Shown here piece by piece: positions 45,200 through 53,841 of a DNA stretch of 53,841 bases (position 1 is the first letter of the stretch; each line of letters begins with the position of its first letter). The position numbers were made by a program, and so were the translations under genes. Source of the stretch: an uncultured Sphingomonadales bacterium (lineage in GTDB: Bacteria > Pseudomonadota > Alphaproteobacteria > Sphingomonadales > Sphingomonadaceae); NCBI GenBank assembly GCA_937129355.1, contig CAKZNA010000122.1, forward strand, positions 1 to 53,841. Direction: 5' to 3'. The notes under the pieces are model-generated. The model saw only the letters and a list, made by a program, of their open reading frames with translations. It ran no database searches and was not told where the DNA came from.

Positions 45200-46684
45200 T
45201 TATTTTGAGACTGTTGCGGTCAGCCGCTCTTTCAGAACGCGGCGCAGTAACTTTCCCGTTTCGTTATAAGGAAGTTCGCTTTCAAAGAACCATGCCTCGG
45301 GTGTTTTGGTGGACCGCAACTGTGCCTTTACATGCGCGACAAGGGCTGCAGTTTCTGTCTTTCCCTTGCACACAACAACCGCCGCAACCTTTTCGCCCCA
45401 TTGATCGTCGGGCAGGCCCAGTACCGCGCAGTCGGCAATTGCATCATGTGTGCGCAGACAGTCTTCAATCTCGCCAGGCGAGATATTCTCTCCGCCGCGC
45501 ACGATCACATCATCCAGCCGCCCTTCGACGAACAGGTAGCCGTCTTCATCAAGCCAGCCGCCATCATTGGTTGCGAACCAGCCTTCTTCATCGATGATTT
45601 TCTTGCCGAGATATTCGCCAGATACTTGAGGGCCGCGAACATAGATTTCACCGCTTTCGCCGGCCGGCAATGCCGCCTTGCCATCTTTGCCGCGAATTTC
45701 GAGTTCCAGCGCCGGCAGCGGTTTGCCGACAGAGCCAAGCCGCCGGCGCACGGCTGGATCATCGGATGCAAAAGCTGCGCGATGATCATCTGCGCCCAAT
45801 AACGCAATGGTAGAGCTTGTCTCGGTAAGCCCATAGGCATTGACGAAATCGACATGCGGCAGAAGCCTCATCGCGCGGGCAATCACTGGCTCGGGCATCC
45901 GTCCGCCACCATAGCTGAGCGCGCGCAGAGCTGGCAGCGGAGTGTCTTCATGTTCAACGCTGTCAAGAATGCGGTCGAGCATGGTCGGAACAACCATCGC
46001 GTTGGTGACTTTTTCACGTGCAGCAATCTCTGCCCAGTCTTCAGGCTTGAAGCTTGGCAGATAGACAATCCGACGCCCGCTATAGATTCCGGTCAAGATC
46101 GCGCTGATCCCGGCAATATGATATGGCGGCACGCTGACCAGCGCCGTATCGCCGTCACCCGCACTCATAAATTCGACCGTGTTAAGCACATAGCTGGTCA
46201 GGTTTTCGTGACGCAGTACAGCTGCTTTGGGTTCGCCGGTAGTGCCGCTGGTGAATAGCAGGACGGCAATGTCGCTCTCTTTTTCGGTCCAGCCCTCGGG
46301 CGGCGCGCGCTGGGCAATATCGTCCTCAACTTCGCTGCGTTTGACAAGCTTCACGCCGTCATGGGCGTCGATACGCTCCGCCATATCATCATCAATGATA
46401 AGCACGGACGGTGCCGTTCGAGCCACCAGACGGTTGAGATCAGCATCGGGTAGCCGGTAGTTGATCGGACAAAAAGGCATCCCGGCATAGCCGCTGGCAA
46501 AAAACAGCGTCGGCACCAATGTGCCGTTTAACCCTGCGAAAGCGACTTGTTCAGCATCCTGTTCATTCACCCATGCCGCCACTGCCTCGGCCCGGCTTTG
46601 CAATTCGGCAACGGTGAGGCCATCAACCGCGCCGCGTTCACCAGCGGCGTCGGCCGCCATATCAAGAAGAAGTGTTGTCTGCAT
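45200..46684 (-). CDS. class I adenylate-forming enzyme (acyl-CoA ligase)
   Basis: LFTSGTTGEPKA, YGLTET, GRLDDVIVRGGENISPGEIE, LPYNETGK. Confidence 0.93.
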   Translation of the reverse strand: MQTTLLLDMAADAAGERGAVDGLTVAELQSRAEAVAAWVNEQDAEQVAFAGLNGTLVPTLFFASGYAGMPFCPINYRLPDADLNRLVARTAPSVLIIDDDMAERIDAHDGVKLVKRSEVEDDIAQRAPPEGWTEKESDIAVLLFTSGTTGEPKAAVLRHENLTSYVLNTVEFMSAGDGDTALVSVPPYHIAGISAILTGIYSGRRIVYLPSFKPEDWAEIAAREKVTNAMVVPTMLDRILDSVEHEDTPLPALRALSYGGGRMPEPVIARAMRLLPHVDFVNAYGLTETSSTIALLGADDHRAAFASDDPAVRRRLGSVGKPLPALELEIRGKDGKAALPAGESGEIYVRGPQVSGEYLGKKIIDEEGWFATNDGGWLDEDGYLFVEGRLDDVIVRGGENISPGEIEDCLRTHDAIADCAVLGLPDDQWGEKVAAVVVCKGKTETAALVAHVKAQLRSTKTPEAWFFESELPYNETGKLLRRVLKERLTATVSK

Positions 46685-46900
46685 TGCGTATCAATCGGAA
46701 GAAGGAAGCGGCTTGGTTTCCTTCGACCTCAATATCTGTCTATTGAAACTTAGGAACCCTATTTCGGCCTTGCCTCCAAATATTCTCAAGCTGCTTTCCT
46801 TGTCAAATAACGTTTGCCAATCATCTTACCACCGCCATGTCGCCGCATGCAATCTCGTCTTTGCCCGTTGGCGCGAACATGATGAGGGCCTTCATTTCAC

Positions 46901-47878
46901 TCAGGCGACAAGGCGTTCGATGAACCAGACGGATGCGACTATCCCGATGGCATAACTGCAAATGCGGATGGCCGGCGGCAGCATTTCGGCGCGTATTCGC
47001 TGAAGGATTGCGAGCATAGCTACGGCAATGACAACAATGGCTAGCTGACCTGCCTCTACGCCTGAATTGAAGGTAAGCAGCGCTGTTGGCACTTCTCCTT
47101 CGGGTAAGCCGATTTCATTCAACGCACCTGCAAACCCGAAGCCGTGGAGCAAACCAAACAGGAAGGCGACGACCCAGGGAATACGCTCTGAAAGGCGCGG
47201 ACTTTCCGGGTCTTTCTTGACTATTTCCACCGCCAGAAAGATGATTGATAGCGCGATCACAACCTCGACCGGCTGCTGCGGTAATCCGAACCAACCAAGC
47301 GTTACGCCCACCAATGTAATCGAATGGGCGATGGTAAATGCAGTTACCGTTTTTGCCACCATCCAGCCGCCACGGATCAGGAGTACAAGGCAAAAGACGA
47401 AGAGCAGATGATCAATGCCAAAGACGATATGTTCGATACCAATTACGAAATAGGTCCAAGCGACATTTCCGCTGTCGGACTTGGCCGGAATTTGCACAGT
47501 TGGCTCATCTGCGGTTAGGCGCAAAGCCTGTATGGGCCCTGATGTCGGTGCGATCCGGACCAGCACATCATTTTGTGCGGCGGCAAAATTTGAAAGACCG
47601 ATTTTTTTGCCGGCCAGGCTGCCGTCGCAGGATATCGTCCCGCGTGAAATGACAGCCAGCTGCGCCATCTCGCGCTGCATTTCTGCTTTTGCTTTGCAAT
47701 TATCCGGCAGGATAGGCTGCGTTTCCGGCGTTACCCCGCCCTTGATCGGAGCCTTCCAGACTATCCGCCATTCCGATGCGTCCTGCTGCGCTAGCTCCAG
47801 ATATCCCGGGCGCAGCTCATCGGCCTGCGCTGCGGAGCCCGTCAATAGGGCAAGAATGAATGCGAATAGCCGGATCAT
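46901..47878 (-). CDS. HupE/UreJ-family membrane protein
   Basis: GIEHIVFGIDHLLFV, TAFTIAHSITL, FGLLHGFGFA, GVEAGQL. Confidence 0.88.
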   Translation of the reverse strand: MIRLFAFILALLTGSAAQADELRPGYLELAQQDASEWRIVWKAPIKGGVTPETQPILPDNCKAKAEMQREMAQLAVISRGTISCDGSLAGKKIGLSNFAAAQNDVLVRIAPTSGPIQALRLTADEPTVQIPAKSDSGNVAWTYFVIGIEHIVFGIDHLLFVFCLVLLIRGGWMVAKTVTAFTIAHSITLVGVTLGWFGLPQQPVEVVIALSIIFLAVEIVKKDPESPRLSERIPWVVAFLFGLLHGFGFAGALNEIGLPEGEVPTALLTFNSGVEAGQLAIVVIAVAMLAILQRIRAEMLPPAIRICSYAIGIVASVWFIERLVA

Positions 47879-48696
47879 TCGGGCTTCTCTATCTCGATTT
47901 CATAGCCATCGAGCAAGGCCTGATACGCCGCCTCTTTCCGACTGGAGGTATTATCGGCGCGCCAGTCATTTTCGACCTGTTGGCGAATATCGGCGAGAGC
48001 GGGCGTTTTACCGGCCACACGCTTTTCAACGCGAACAAGATGCGCGCCGAAACCCGATGTTACCGGTCCGCTCCATTCGCCGAGTTTTGCCTTCGCCAAT
48101 CGGCCCGCAAAACCCTCGCCGAACGCGCGGTCAATTTGCGCGCTGCTGGCCGCTGTCATGGTTCCAGGCAATGAAATAGGTTTACCAAATGACATAGGGT
48201 TAGCGCCGCCGCGAATGCGTTTAAGGGTTGCGGCTGCTTCATCCTCCTCGCCCACCCAAATTTGGGTGAAACTTAGCTGGCCTCCATCTGCATATTTTGC
48301 AGGATTGGCATCAATGGCGGCTTGTAGCGCGGCATCATCGGGCTCCGTGCTTTCCGCCGCCGCAGTGGCGATCTCCTCCATTTTGCTGCGCAGACGTCGC
48401 CGGATGATCGGGTCATTGTCATCCAGCCCCATCCGCCTTGCTTCGCGGTAGTAGATTTCCTCGCGAATATAATCGCGGATCAAGCCATCAATTTCCTGCT
48501 CATTGGGAGGCCGCTTCCAAACCGCAACGAAGCGGCTAGCCAATTGCTCCACTTTTGCCTCGCTGATGGTGATTGTTCTGCTTTCCGGATCAACGGCATT
48601 TCCGCTCCAGCCCAGCAAAATGAACACAATCAATCCAGCGCCGAGAAAATGTACCAGCGGTTCTTTCAAAAGCTGTTTCAGCCGATCGTCCATCAT
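47875..48696 (-). CDS. PpiC-type peptidyl-prolyl isomerase-like protein
   Basis: EPLVHFL, EEIYYREA..MGLD..DPIIRRRL, WSGPVTSGFGAHLV; start 48696/48693 after GGGGGA. Confidence 0.85.
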   Translation of the reverse strand: MMDDRLKQLLKEPLVHFLGAGLIVFILLGWSGNAVDPESRTITISEAKVEQLASRFVAVWKRPPNEQEIDGLIRDYIREEIYYREARRMGLDDNDPIIRRRLRSKMEEIATAAAESTEPDDAALQAAIDANPAKYADGGQLSFTQIWVGEEDEAAATLKRIRGGANPMSFGKPISLPGTMTAASSAQIDRAFGEGFAGRLAKAKLGEWSGPVTSGFGAHLVRVEKRVAGKTPALADIRQQVENDWRADNTSSRKEAAYQALLDGYEIEIEKPE

Positions 48697-48830
48697 TTCC
48701 CCCAAAAGAATCTTGGTATTTTCGCTATGCGCAGGACGACCGAAAATCAATGGCGCAATCATGCCGGATTGCGGTATGGCCGCGCCAATAGTTCTTGCCC
48801 GACGTTACGCTTTCCGGCATTGACGGGAAC

Positions 48831-49049
48831 ATGTTGATGTCTTCAAAAAATCGTGCCGCGAAGGTGCATTATATGCCCAACGGATTCCGTTTGCTGTCAA
48901 ACGGGGATCACGTGCTTTGTGCTGTTTCTGGCGAAAAGATCATGCTCGAAGATTTGCGTTATTGGAGCGTTGAGAAACAAGAGCCCTATGCCACGCCGGA
49001 TATATCGACGCAGGCAGCTTTGGGTAAAGCGAAAAGAAAGCCCCAATGA
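48831..49049 (+). CDS. DUF2093-family protein
   Basis: GDHVLCAVSGEKIMLEDLRYWSVEKQEPY; start 48831. Confidence 0.85.
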   Translation: MLMSSKNRAAKVHYMPNGFRLLSNGDHVLCAVSGEKIMLEDLRYWSVEKQEPYATPDISTQAALGKAKRKPQ

Positions 49050-49987
49050 AGATGACAATTTTGTCGCGCAGTTCGGCCGTGATGATATGTGTTGTGGCAG
49101 TCGCCAGCTGCACAGCCTCACCGCCGTTAGAAAGCACTAGCAGCGCGCCGACGGGTGCAGCGGAAGAAGCAGTATTGGAACCGCAAGTGGCGGCTCAGGC
49201 AGAAAAGCCGGCAAAACCTAGCCAACCTATCCGGAGTGATTTCTGGTTTGATGGCTCGCCCCAACAGGGAGGGTTAGTTGTTGCCCGCGCGCCAACAGGC
49301 GTAGATTCTGTCAAGCTGGACGGACAATCGCTTCCGGTAACGCCGGATGGTTTTTTTCTAATGGGTTTTAACCGGGATGCGGAGAAAGCCGCAAATCTAT
49401 CATGGGCAGCTGATGGCGCTCAACCAAGCCGTATGTTGGCAGTGCGTCCGGGCAAGTGGAAGATAGAGCGTGTGAATGTGTCGCGGCGCGGCAATGCCAA
49501 GACATCGGCAGAGTTTAACCGCCGCCGCGCACCTGAATTGGCGCAGATTAATGCCGCCCGCGCAGAACAAAATGATAGCGGCGGTTGGCGGCAGGAATTC
49601 ATTTGGCCAGTAAAGGGACGACTGTCAGGATTTTTCGGCGCTCAGCGCATCTATCGCGGAACGCCCGGCGGATATCATACCGGTCTGGACATTGCGGCAC
49701 CCAACGGCACTTCCATTGTCGCGCCAGCAGATGGTGTAATCACTCTTTCAGCAAAAAAACCCTTCACCAGAGAGGGCTATTTGCTGATGATTGATCACGG
49801 CATGGGCTTGAACAGCGCGTTTGTGCATTGTTCGCAGCTGCTGGTGAATAAAGGCGATGTTGTGAAGCAGGGGCAGGTTGTTGCGCGTGTCGGTAGAACC
49901 GGCAGCGCGACGGGGCCGCACCTGCATTGGAGCATGAAATGGAATGCGGCGCGGGTTGATCCGTTGCTTCTGCTGCCGCCACAATAG
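49046..49987 (+). CDS. M23 family metallopeptidase (lipoprotein)
   Basis: VASC lipobox; HTGLDIAA (HxxxD), TGPHLHW (HxH). Confidence 0.92.
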   Translation: MKMTILSRSSAVMICVVAVASCTASPPLESTSSAPTGAAEEAVLEPQVAAQAEKPAKPSQPIRSDFWFDGSPQQGGLVVARAPTGVDSVKLDGQSLPVTPDGFFLMGFNRDAEKAANLSWAADGAQPSRMLAVRPGKWKIERVNVSRRGNAKTSAEFNRRRAPELAQINAARAEQNDSGGWRQEFIWPVKGRLSGFFGAQRIYRGTPGGYHTGLDIAAPNGTSIVAPADGVITLSAKKPFTREGYLLMIDHGMGLNSAFVHCSQLLVNKGDVVKQGQVVARVGRTGSATGPHLHWSMKWNAARVDPLLLLPPQ

Positions 49988-49990
49988 AGG

Positions 49991-50401
49991 ATGGCGCAGC
50001 GGCTAACCCTTGGACTTGCGCTGCTATTGCTGACAGGCTGCTTGGGGCAAGCGAATGGTTCAGGGCCGGGACAAACAGATGCGAAGAGGCAGATGGTTTC
50101 GATAGCAGCGAGCGGTAAAATCTGGGCCTGGCGCGATGATGACACGAGCCGTTCAGGACAGCTGTTTTTTGACATCAGGGATAAAGCGGCAGATGAGCTT
50201 CGTAGCGCATTGATCAACGCCGAACCGACCATCGGTGTAATACCTGTTTCTATAACGATTGGCGGCACCAGCTGGGATACCGCAATTGTCGACGCGAGTA
50301 GCCATGATGGATATTTGCTTGAGATTGACCCATCCGTCGCCGCAAGCGAAAATCTGTCTGCGGGCAGCATAGTAGAATTGACCATTCAGGTTAGGGGATA
50401 G
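49991..50401 (+). CDS. DUF1905-like lipoprotein
   Basis: LLTGC lipobox; IPVSITIGGTSWDTAI...GYLL...ENLSAGSIVELTI. Confidence 0.65.
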   Translation: MAQRLTLGLALLLLTGCLGQANGSGPGQTDAKRQMVSIAASGKIWAWRDDDTSRSGQLFFDIRDKAADELRSALINAEPTIGVIPVSITIGGTSWDTAIVDASSHDGYLLEIDPSVAASENLSAGSIVELTIQVRG

Positions 50402-50403
50402 AA

Positions 50404-50844
50404 ATGCTTGGTGATGATCCCATGATGATAGCGGCCATAATCGCTTTCTTGCTCCTCATCTTTCTTGTCATTGGTATTCGCGCTGGTTTGAAAGATGCGC
50501 GCGAACGGGATTTGACCGGGCCGCCCGATGCGGCGGAGCTTGCTGGCGGCACTGACCGAAAGCGCTTTCCTGTCTTGCCTGAACGCGCGGAGATGGCGTT
50601 GGAAGCACCTGAACCGGTTGCCGATCCGCTTGCGCCTGAAAAGCCCGCGATTGTGATGCCACCCAAAGCCGAAATTGGCGATTTGGAAACTGAAAGTAGC
50701 TATACCGAAGACCAGTTGATGGAGCGCGAAGTAAAGGCAATGCTTTTACAAAAGCGAGGCGACCGTGCGGTCAAACATGTGATGAAGGTCAAGGGCGTTG
50801 ATGAAGCTGAGGCCGATGCGATCGTCGCGGAATTGGCCGACTAA
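50404..50844 (+). CDS. membrane-anchored hypothetical protein
   Basis: N-terminal TM, Pro/acidic linker, small helical C-terminal domain; in tandem with upstream genes. Confidence 0.7.
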   Translation: MLGDDPMMIAAIIAFLLLIFLVIGIRAGLKDARERDLTGPPDAAELAGGTDRKRFPVLPERAEMALEAPEPVADPLAPEKPAIVMPPKAEIGDLETESSYTEDQLMEREVKAMLLQKRGDRAVKHVMKVKGVDEAEADAIVAELAD

Positions 50845-51422
50845 GAATCTCCGTCCTGTCTGCGGGTAAATTTCTGACGGTTGGCAATGCGCCATGTTTC
50901 GCCGCCATCATCCGACAATTCCATCATTGACTTGAAGCTGTTCGGCGCAACATCGCTCCGTGTGAATCGCAACATCGTCTGGCTGCCATCTGGGCGGACA
51001 ATATTCGGTGTTGTACGGGTCTCGTTATTCTCCGGTCCAATCATGCGCCAAAGATGTCCGTCGGCTCCGACGCTTGCCATTTCAATTTCTTTCTTGTCCG
51101 AGCGGTGGAAGAACAAGATCGCCGATTTTTGCTTCAGTTTTGGCGTTATCGCTGTTCCTGATACGACCTTGTCCTGTATGATCCAGCGGAAGCTGTACTG
51201 GCCCGGAGCGGTATAGACTTCGCCTTCGGCCGAGATGAAATCGGTTATTACATTCCAATCGCCGATTACATGGCGTAGTTCGGAAACGGCTCTATTTGGA
51301 GATCTATCCGTAGCTTTCGCTCCGGCTTTTGTTGGTTCCGACGAAACTGCCGATGCTGGGCTGATGGCCAATCCAATCGCCGCACATCCGGTAAGAATTG
51401 CATTTAATCGTATTTGTTTCAT
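50841..51422 (-). CDS. secreted hypothetical, DUF1579-like beta-barrel
   Basis: signal peptide ending ASA; IGDWNV, ELSDDGGETW. Confidence 0.7.
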   Translation of the reverse strand: MKQIRLNAILTGCAAIGLAISPASAVSSEPTKAGAKATDRSPNRAVSELRHVIGDWNVITDFISAEGEVYTAPGQYSFRWIIQDKVVSGTAITPKLKQKSAILFFHRSDKKEIEMASVGADGHLWRMIGPENNETRTTPNIVRPDGSQTMLRFTRSDVAPNSFKSMMELSDDGGETWRIANRQKFTRRQDGDS

Positions 51423-51520
51423 GGGCCGAAATATTAGTCACATGCGCTGCAAGCGACCAGATAAGATAGACCAGTCAGCAAGGCTTTTCGATCAGTGCCA
51501 ATGCCGCTAGGGACATTGGT

Positions 51521-52252
51521 ATGTGCGTTGTCGCCCTTACCTACAATACCCACCCGGATTGGCCGTTATTGCTGATCGGAAATCGCGATGAATTCCATGC
51601 GCGGCCCACTGCACCGTTAGCGCGCTGGGGTGGGGCGAGAGAGAGCGGCCATCATATTATAGCAGGCCGTGATCTGGAATCTGGCGGTAGTTGGCTTGGC
51701 GTGTCTGAACAGGGGCGTGTGGCAGTTGTGACCAACATTCGCAGTGATACGCCGCCCGCGCCGGATAAATCGTCACGCGGCGCATTGGTGGCTGACTATC
51801 TGGCCGGGGCTGGTAAATATGCAAAGCTGAGCGAGAACCAAGTAGGTGAATTCAATCCATTTCATTTATTCACATTGGATAATGTTGGAGGCGCATTGCA
51901 TTCGGCGAACCTACCAGAACCAAAGCAACGCAAAGTAGGAAACGGAATTTTGGGCCTTTCCAATGCAGAAGCGGATGCCGACTGGCCCCGCAAAGACAGA
52001 TTGGAGGCGCAGCTTGCCCATTGGTTGGCGCATGATGCGCGGAATTTTGACGCTTTGTTTGACCAGCTCCGGTCCGAAGAGCGCGGTGAGAGCGAGAGCC
52101 TTCCGAACTTTCTTGATGGCGATATTTATGGAACCCGTTGTAGCACCATTGTCGCGGTGAACCCATCGGGGCAGGGGAGAATTATCGAACGCCGGTTTGG
52201 AGCAAATGGGCAAGAAGGCGGCGAGGTCGATATTTTGTTCAGTTGGAATTGA
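51521..52252 (+). CDS. NRDE/TANGO2-family protein
   Basis: MC N-terminus, GNRDEF, GGSWLG, SRGALV, YGTRCST. Confidence 0.92.
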   Translation: MCVVALTYNTHPDWPLLLIGNRDEFHARPTAPLARWGGARESGHHIIAGRDLESGGSWLGVSEQGRVAVVTNIRSDTPPAPDKSSRGALVADYLAGAGKYAKLSENQVGEFNPFHLFTLDNVGGALHSANLPEPKQRKVGNGILGLSNAEADADWPRKDRLEAQLAHWLAHDARNFDALFDQLRSEERGESESLPNFLDGDIYGTRCSTIVAVNPSGQGRIIERRFGANGQEGGEVDILFSWN

Positions 52253-52283
52253 TTGGCTACTGCCAATTCGACAATTAAAAGAA

Positions 52284-52931
52284 CTATTGGGTACAAATTT
52301 CCAATATTGAGCCATGGCGATCAACGGTGAGGTGATTTTTAGTGCTGAATGTCCATTCGCTCAACAATGGAACATCGGCTTCGTCGCCTTTGATGAGAAA
52401 CCCGGCAGGTGGAATTGTTAAGATAGCCCCAATTATTGCTTCTCCGTTTCTGCTTTTCCCCTTTTGCAGATGCCTACCTTCCATTTCAATTTTTTTGCCA
52501 TCCAACTCTATGTAGTTGAGCTCAAATTCTATCTTTCCTGCTTTACCAAATCCGCCACGACCGGCAACCATCGTTACAACCCCGGTTCCTCGGGCTCCTT
52601 TTGGAATCACAATTGTAGTTCCAGTTTTTACGTCATCAATCACAGTCATTTTCAGGGTATCGCCAGCATTGGTGATCCGTCGTTTGTTCTTGGGCAGCTT
52701 CGGTTGCCCTCGAGCCCTCTCACGTTTATCTGTTGCTAAAGCAGTGTCCATCGACAGGGTCACCGATGCCCCGGCCCGAAGTGTGCTGTAAATTTCGTTG
52801 TCCACGTCTGGGCTTGAACAACCCACGGAATTAGAGCCAGCGCTTCTTTCGAAACCCATTCCATTTTGCATTCGTTGGGTACTAGATAGTGAGAGAATAA
52901 ACGAAGCAAAAATTAAAAAATAATTTTTCAT
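52284..52931 (-). CDS. exported hypothetical protein
   Basis: 215 aa, signal-like N-terminus, IVIPKGARGTGVV...GKAGKIEF beta-rich core. Confidence 0.7.
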   Translation of the reverse strand: MKNYFLIFASFILSLSSTQRMQNGMGFERSAGSNSVGCSSPDVDNEIYSTLRAGASVTLSMDTALATDKRERARGQPKLPKNKRRITNAGDTLKMTVIDDVKTGTTIVIPKGARGTGVVTMVAGRGGFGKAGKIEFELNYIELDGKKIEMEGRHLQKGKSRNGEAIIGAILTIPPAGFLIKGDEADVPLLSEWTFSTKNHLTVDRHGSILEICTQ

Positions 52932-53012
52932 GTGGCGAATCTCTATTGAGCAGCCTCCCCCCTAAACAAGAGGAGCTGAGTTAAAGTATTCAACCAGTGC
53001 GTAGACTTTAGT

Positions 53013-53840
53013 TTATTTCACAGAAAATTCAAACACTCTTGCTGAAGCTACGCCAGAGCCATTTCCGCCAGCAATAGTATAGATGAATCCATACTCACCA
53101 GAATCTAGATTCTCGTTGGGCATTGCCTTGTAAACACCTTCGTTCAGCTTTTCGTAAGTGAACGCTATTTGATCCTTGTCCATAATGCCACCCTTTGCAC
53201 CCCCAATATTGGCGCTACCCACTCTTGCTTCCCGCCTACCTTTTTTCTTTTTTAGCTTAACTAGGCTAATTTCGTTTGGCGATTGGACCGAGAGTCCCAA
53301 TCCATTTCCAAATACATTTGTTCTTCCATTTGGGGTTGAAGGGTTTGCTGCATCAAAATAGAAATAAAATGAAGGCTTGCCTTGCGAAGTGCTTTGACGT
53401 GCAGTTTCTCCTGGAAAACTGGCCTTTATGCTCATCGAAGCAATCCCGTAGGTGAAAGCAAAGCCAAATCTACCGCCTGTTTTTATTTGCGTTGAACTAA
53501 TCGGATCGATTCGGCTCATCTTTTGTCCATCACCAGCTAGAACGTATACGCCAGCATAGTGAGGTACGGTGGGATCGGGTGAGTCTGCAGACAAGGTTAT
53601 CTTATTCTCAGATTCCGAAGTTTTCGAAACCATTGCAGCGATTACTGCGCTAGAAACACCCCTAGATCTTAAGTGGAGGAGATCTTGTACATCCGTTTGA
53701 TAACTTGGTTCTGTAGAGTTTATTTTTGCAATAACAGCCTCATCCCCTAACCCAGCATTTATCAACATAACGACTGTTTCGTTATCGAGAGTTTTATCAT
53801 TGGCGTTACTGGGCTTCGGAGCGGCTTCAGCACCCTCTAT
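53013..53840 (-). CDS. hypothetical protein, 5' end outside the window
   Basis: frame stays open from 53768 to the window edge (IEGAEAAPKPSNANDKTLDNETVVMLINAGLGDEAVIAKI...). Confidence 0.75.
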   Translation of the reverse strand: MEGAEAAPKPSNANDKTLDNETVVMLINAGLGDEAVIAKINSTEPSYQTDVQDLLHLRSRGVSSAVIAAMVSKTSESENKITLSADSPDPTVPHYAGVYVLAGDGQKMSRIDPISSTQIKTGGRFGFAFTYGIASMSIKASFPGETARQSTSQGKPSFYFYFDAANPSTPNGRTNVFGNGLGLSVQSPNEISLVKLKKKKGRREARVGSANIGGAKGGIMDKDQIAFTYEKLNEGVYKAMPNENLDSGEYGFIYTIAGGNGSGVASARVFEFSVK

Positions 53841-53841
53841 G

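Noticed and set aside
46901..48696. HupE/UreJ + PpiC pair as a novel system
   Set aside because: A common gene pair in aquatic proteobacteria; nothing unusual visible here
782..53361. Numerous antisense and alternate-frame ORFs inside the called genes (e.g. 14955-15644, 32186-32764, 47481-48179, 49795-50385)
   Set aside because: Shadow frames of well-supported genes, with no motifs or independent translation signals

Overview
Alphaproteobacterial DNA, most likely Sphingomonadales (inferred from protein families such as DUF2093 and the FADxAWDILLDL winged-helix type). Bases ~8.0-39.9 kb hold an essentially complete, compact flagellar cluster: fliA-flhA-slt-flgN-flgM-flgA / flgBCDEFGHIJKL / motAB / a FleQ-like sigma54 activator / fliS-fliD-flhB-fliRQPONMLKJIHGFE / fliC. 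There are no che genes, flhF/flhG or rpoN in the window. Much of the regulatory wiring can be read from the DNA: four near-consensus sigma54 promoters, GTCA-N6-TGAC enhancer-like boxes upstream of them, and seven or eight TAAA-N15-(G/T)(C/T)CGT sigma28-type promoters. The sigma28 set extends beyond flagellar parts to a diguanylate cyclase, two small cationic two-Cys secreted proteins and possibly a PilZ protein. sthA and gdhA sit directly behind fliA, apparently in the same operon. Right of fliC is an AT-richer regulatory block: winged-helix gene, an unannotated 50-aa ORF, GGDEF, a tail-anchored LuxR-HTH + helical-hairpin protein + ~5-TM protein triad of unknown function, RadC-like and a second winged-helix gene. 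It is followed at ~44.9-45.1 kb by phased TTCCCTG repeats and a tRNA-3'-like tail that look like the end of an integrative element, so the flagellar system may be island cargo. Bases 45.2-52.3 kb are ordinary chromosomal genes, followed by two AT-richer hypothetical genes at the right edge. All calls come from reading the sequence; no searches were run.
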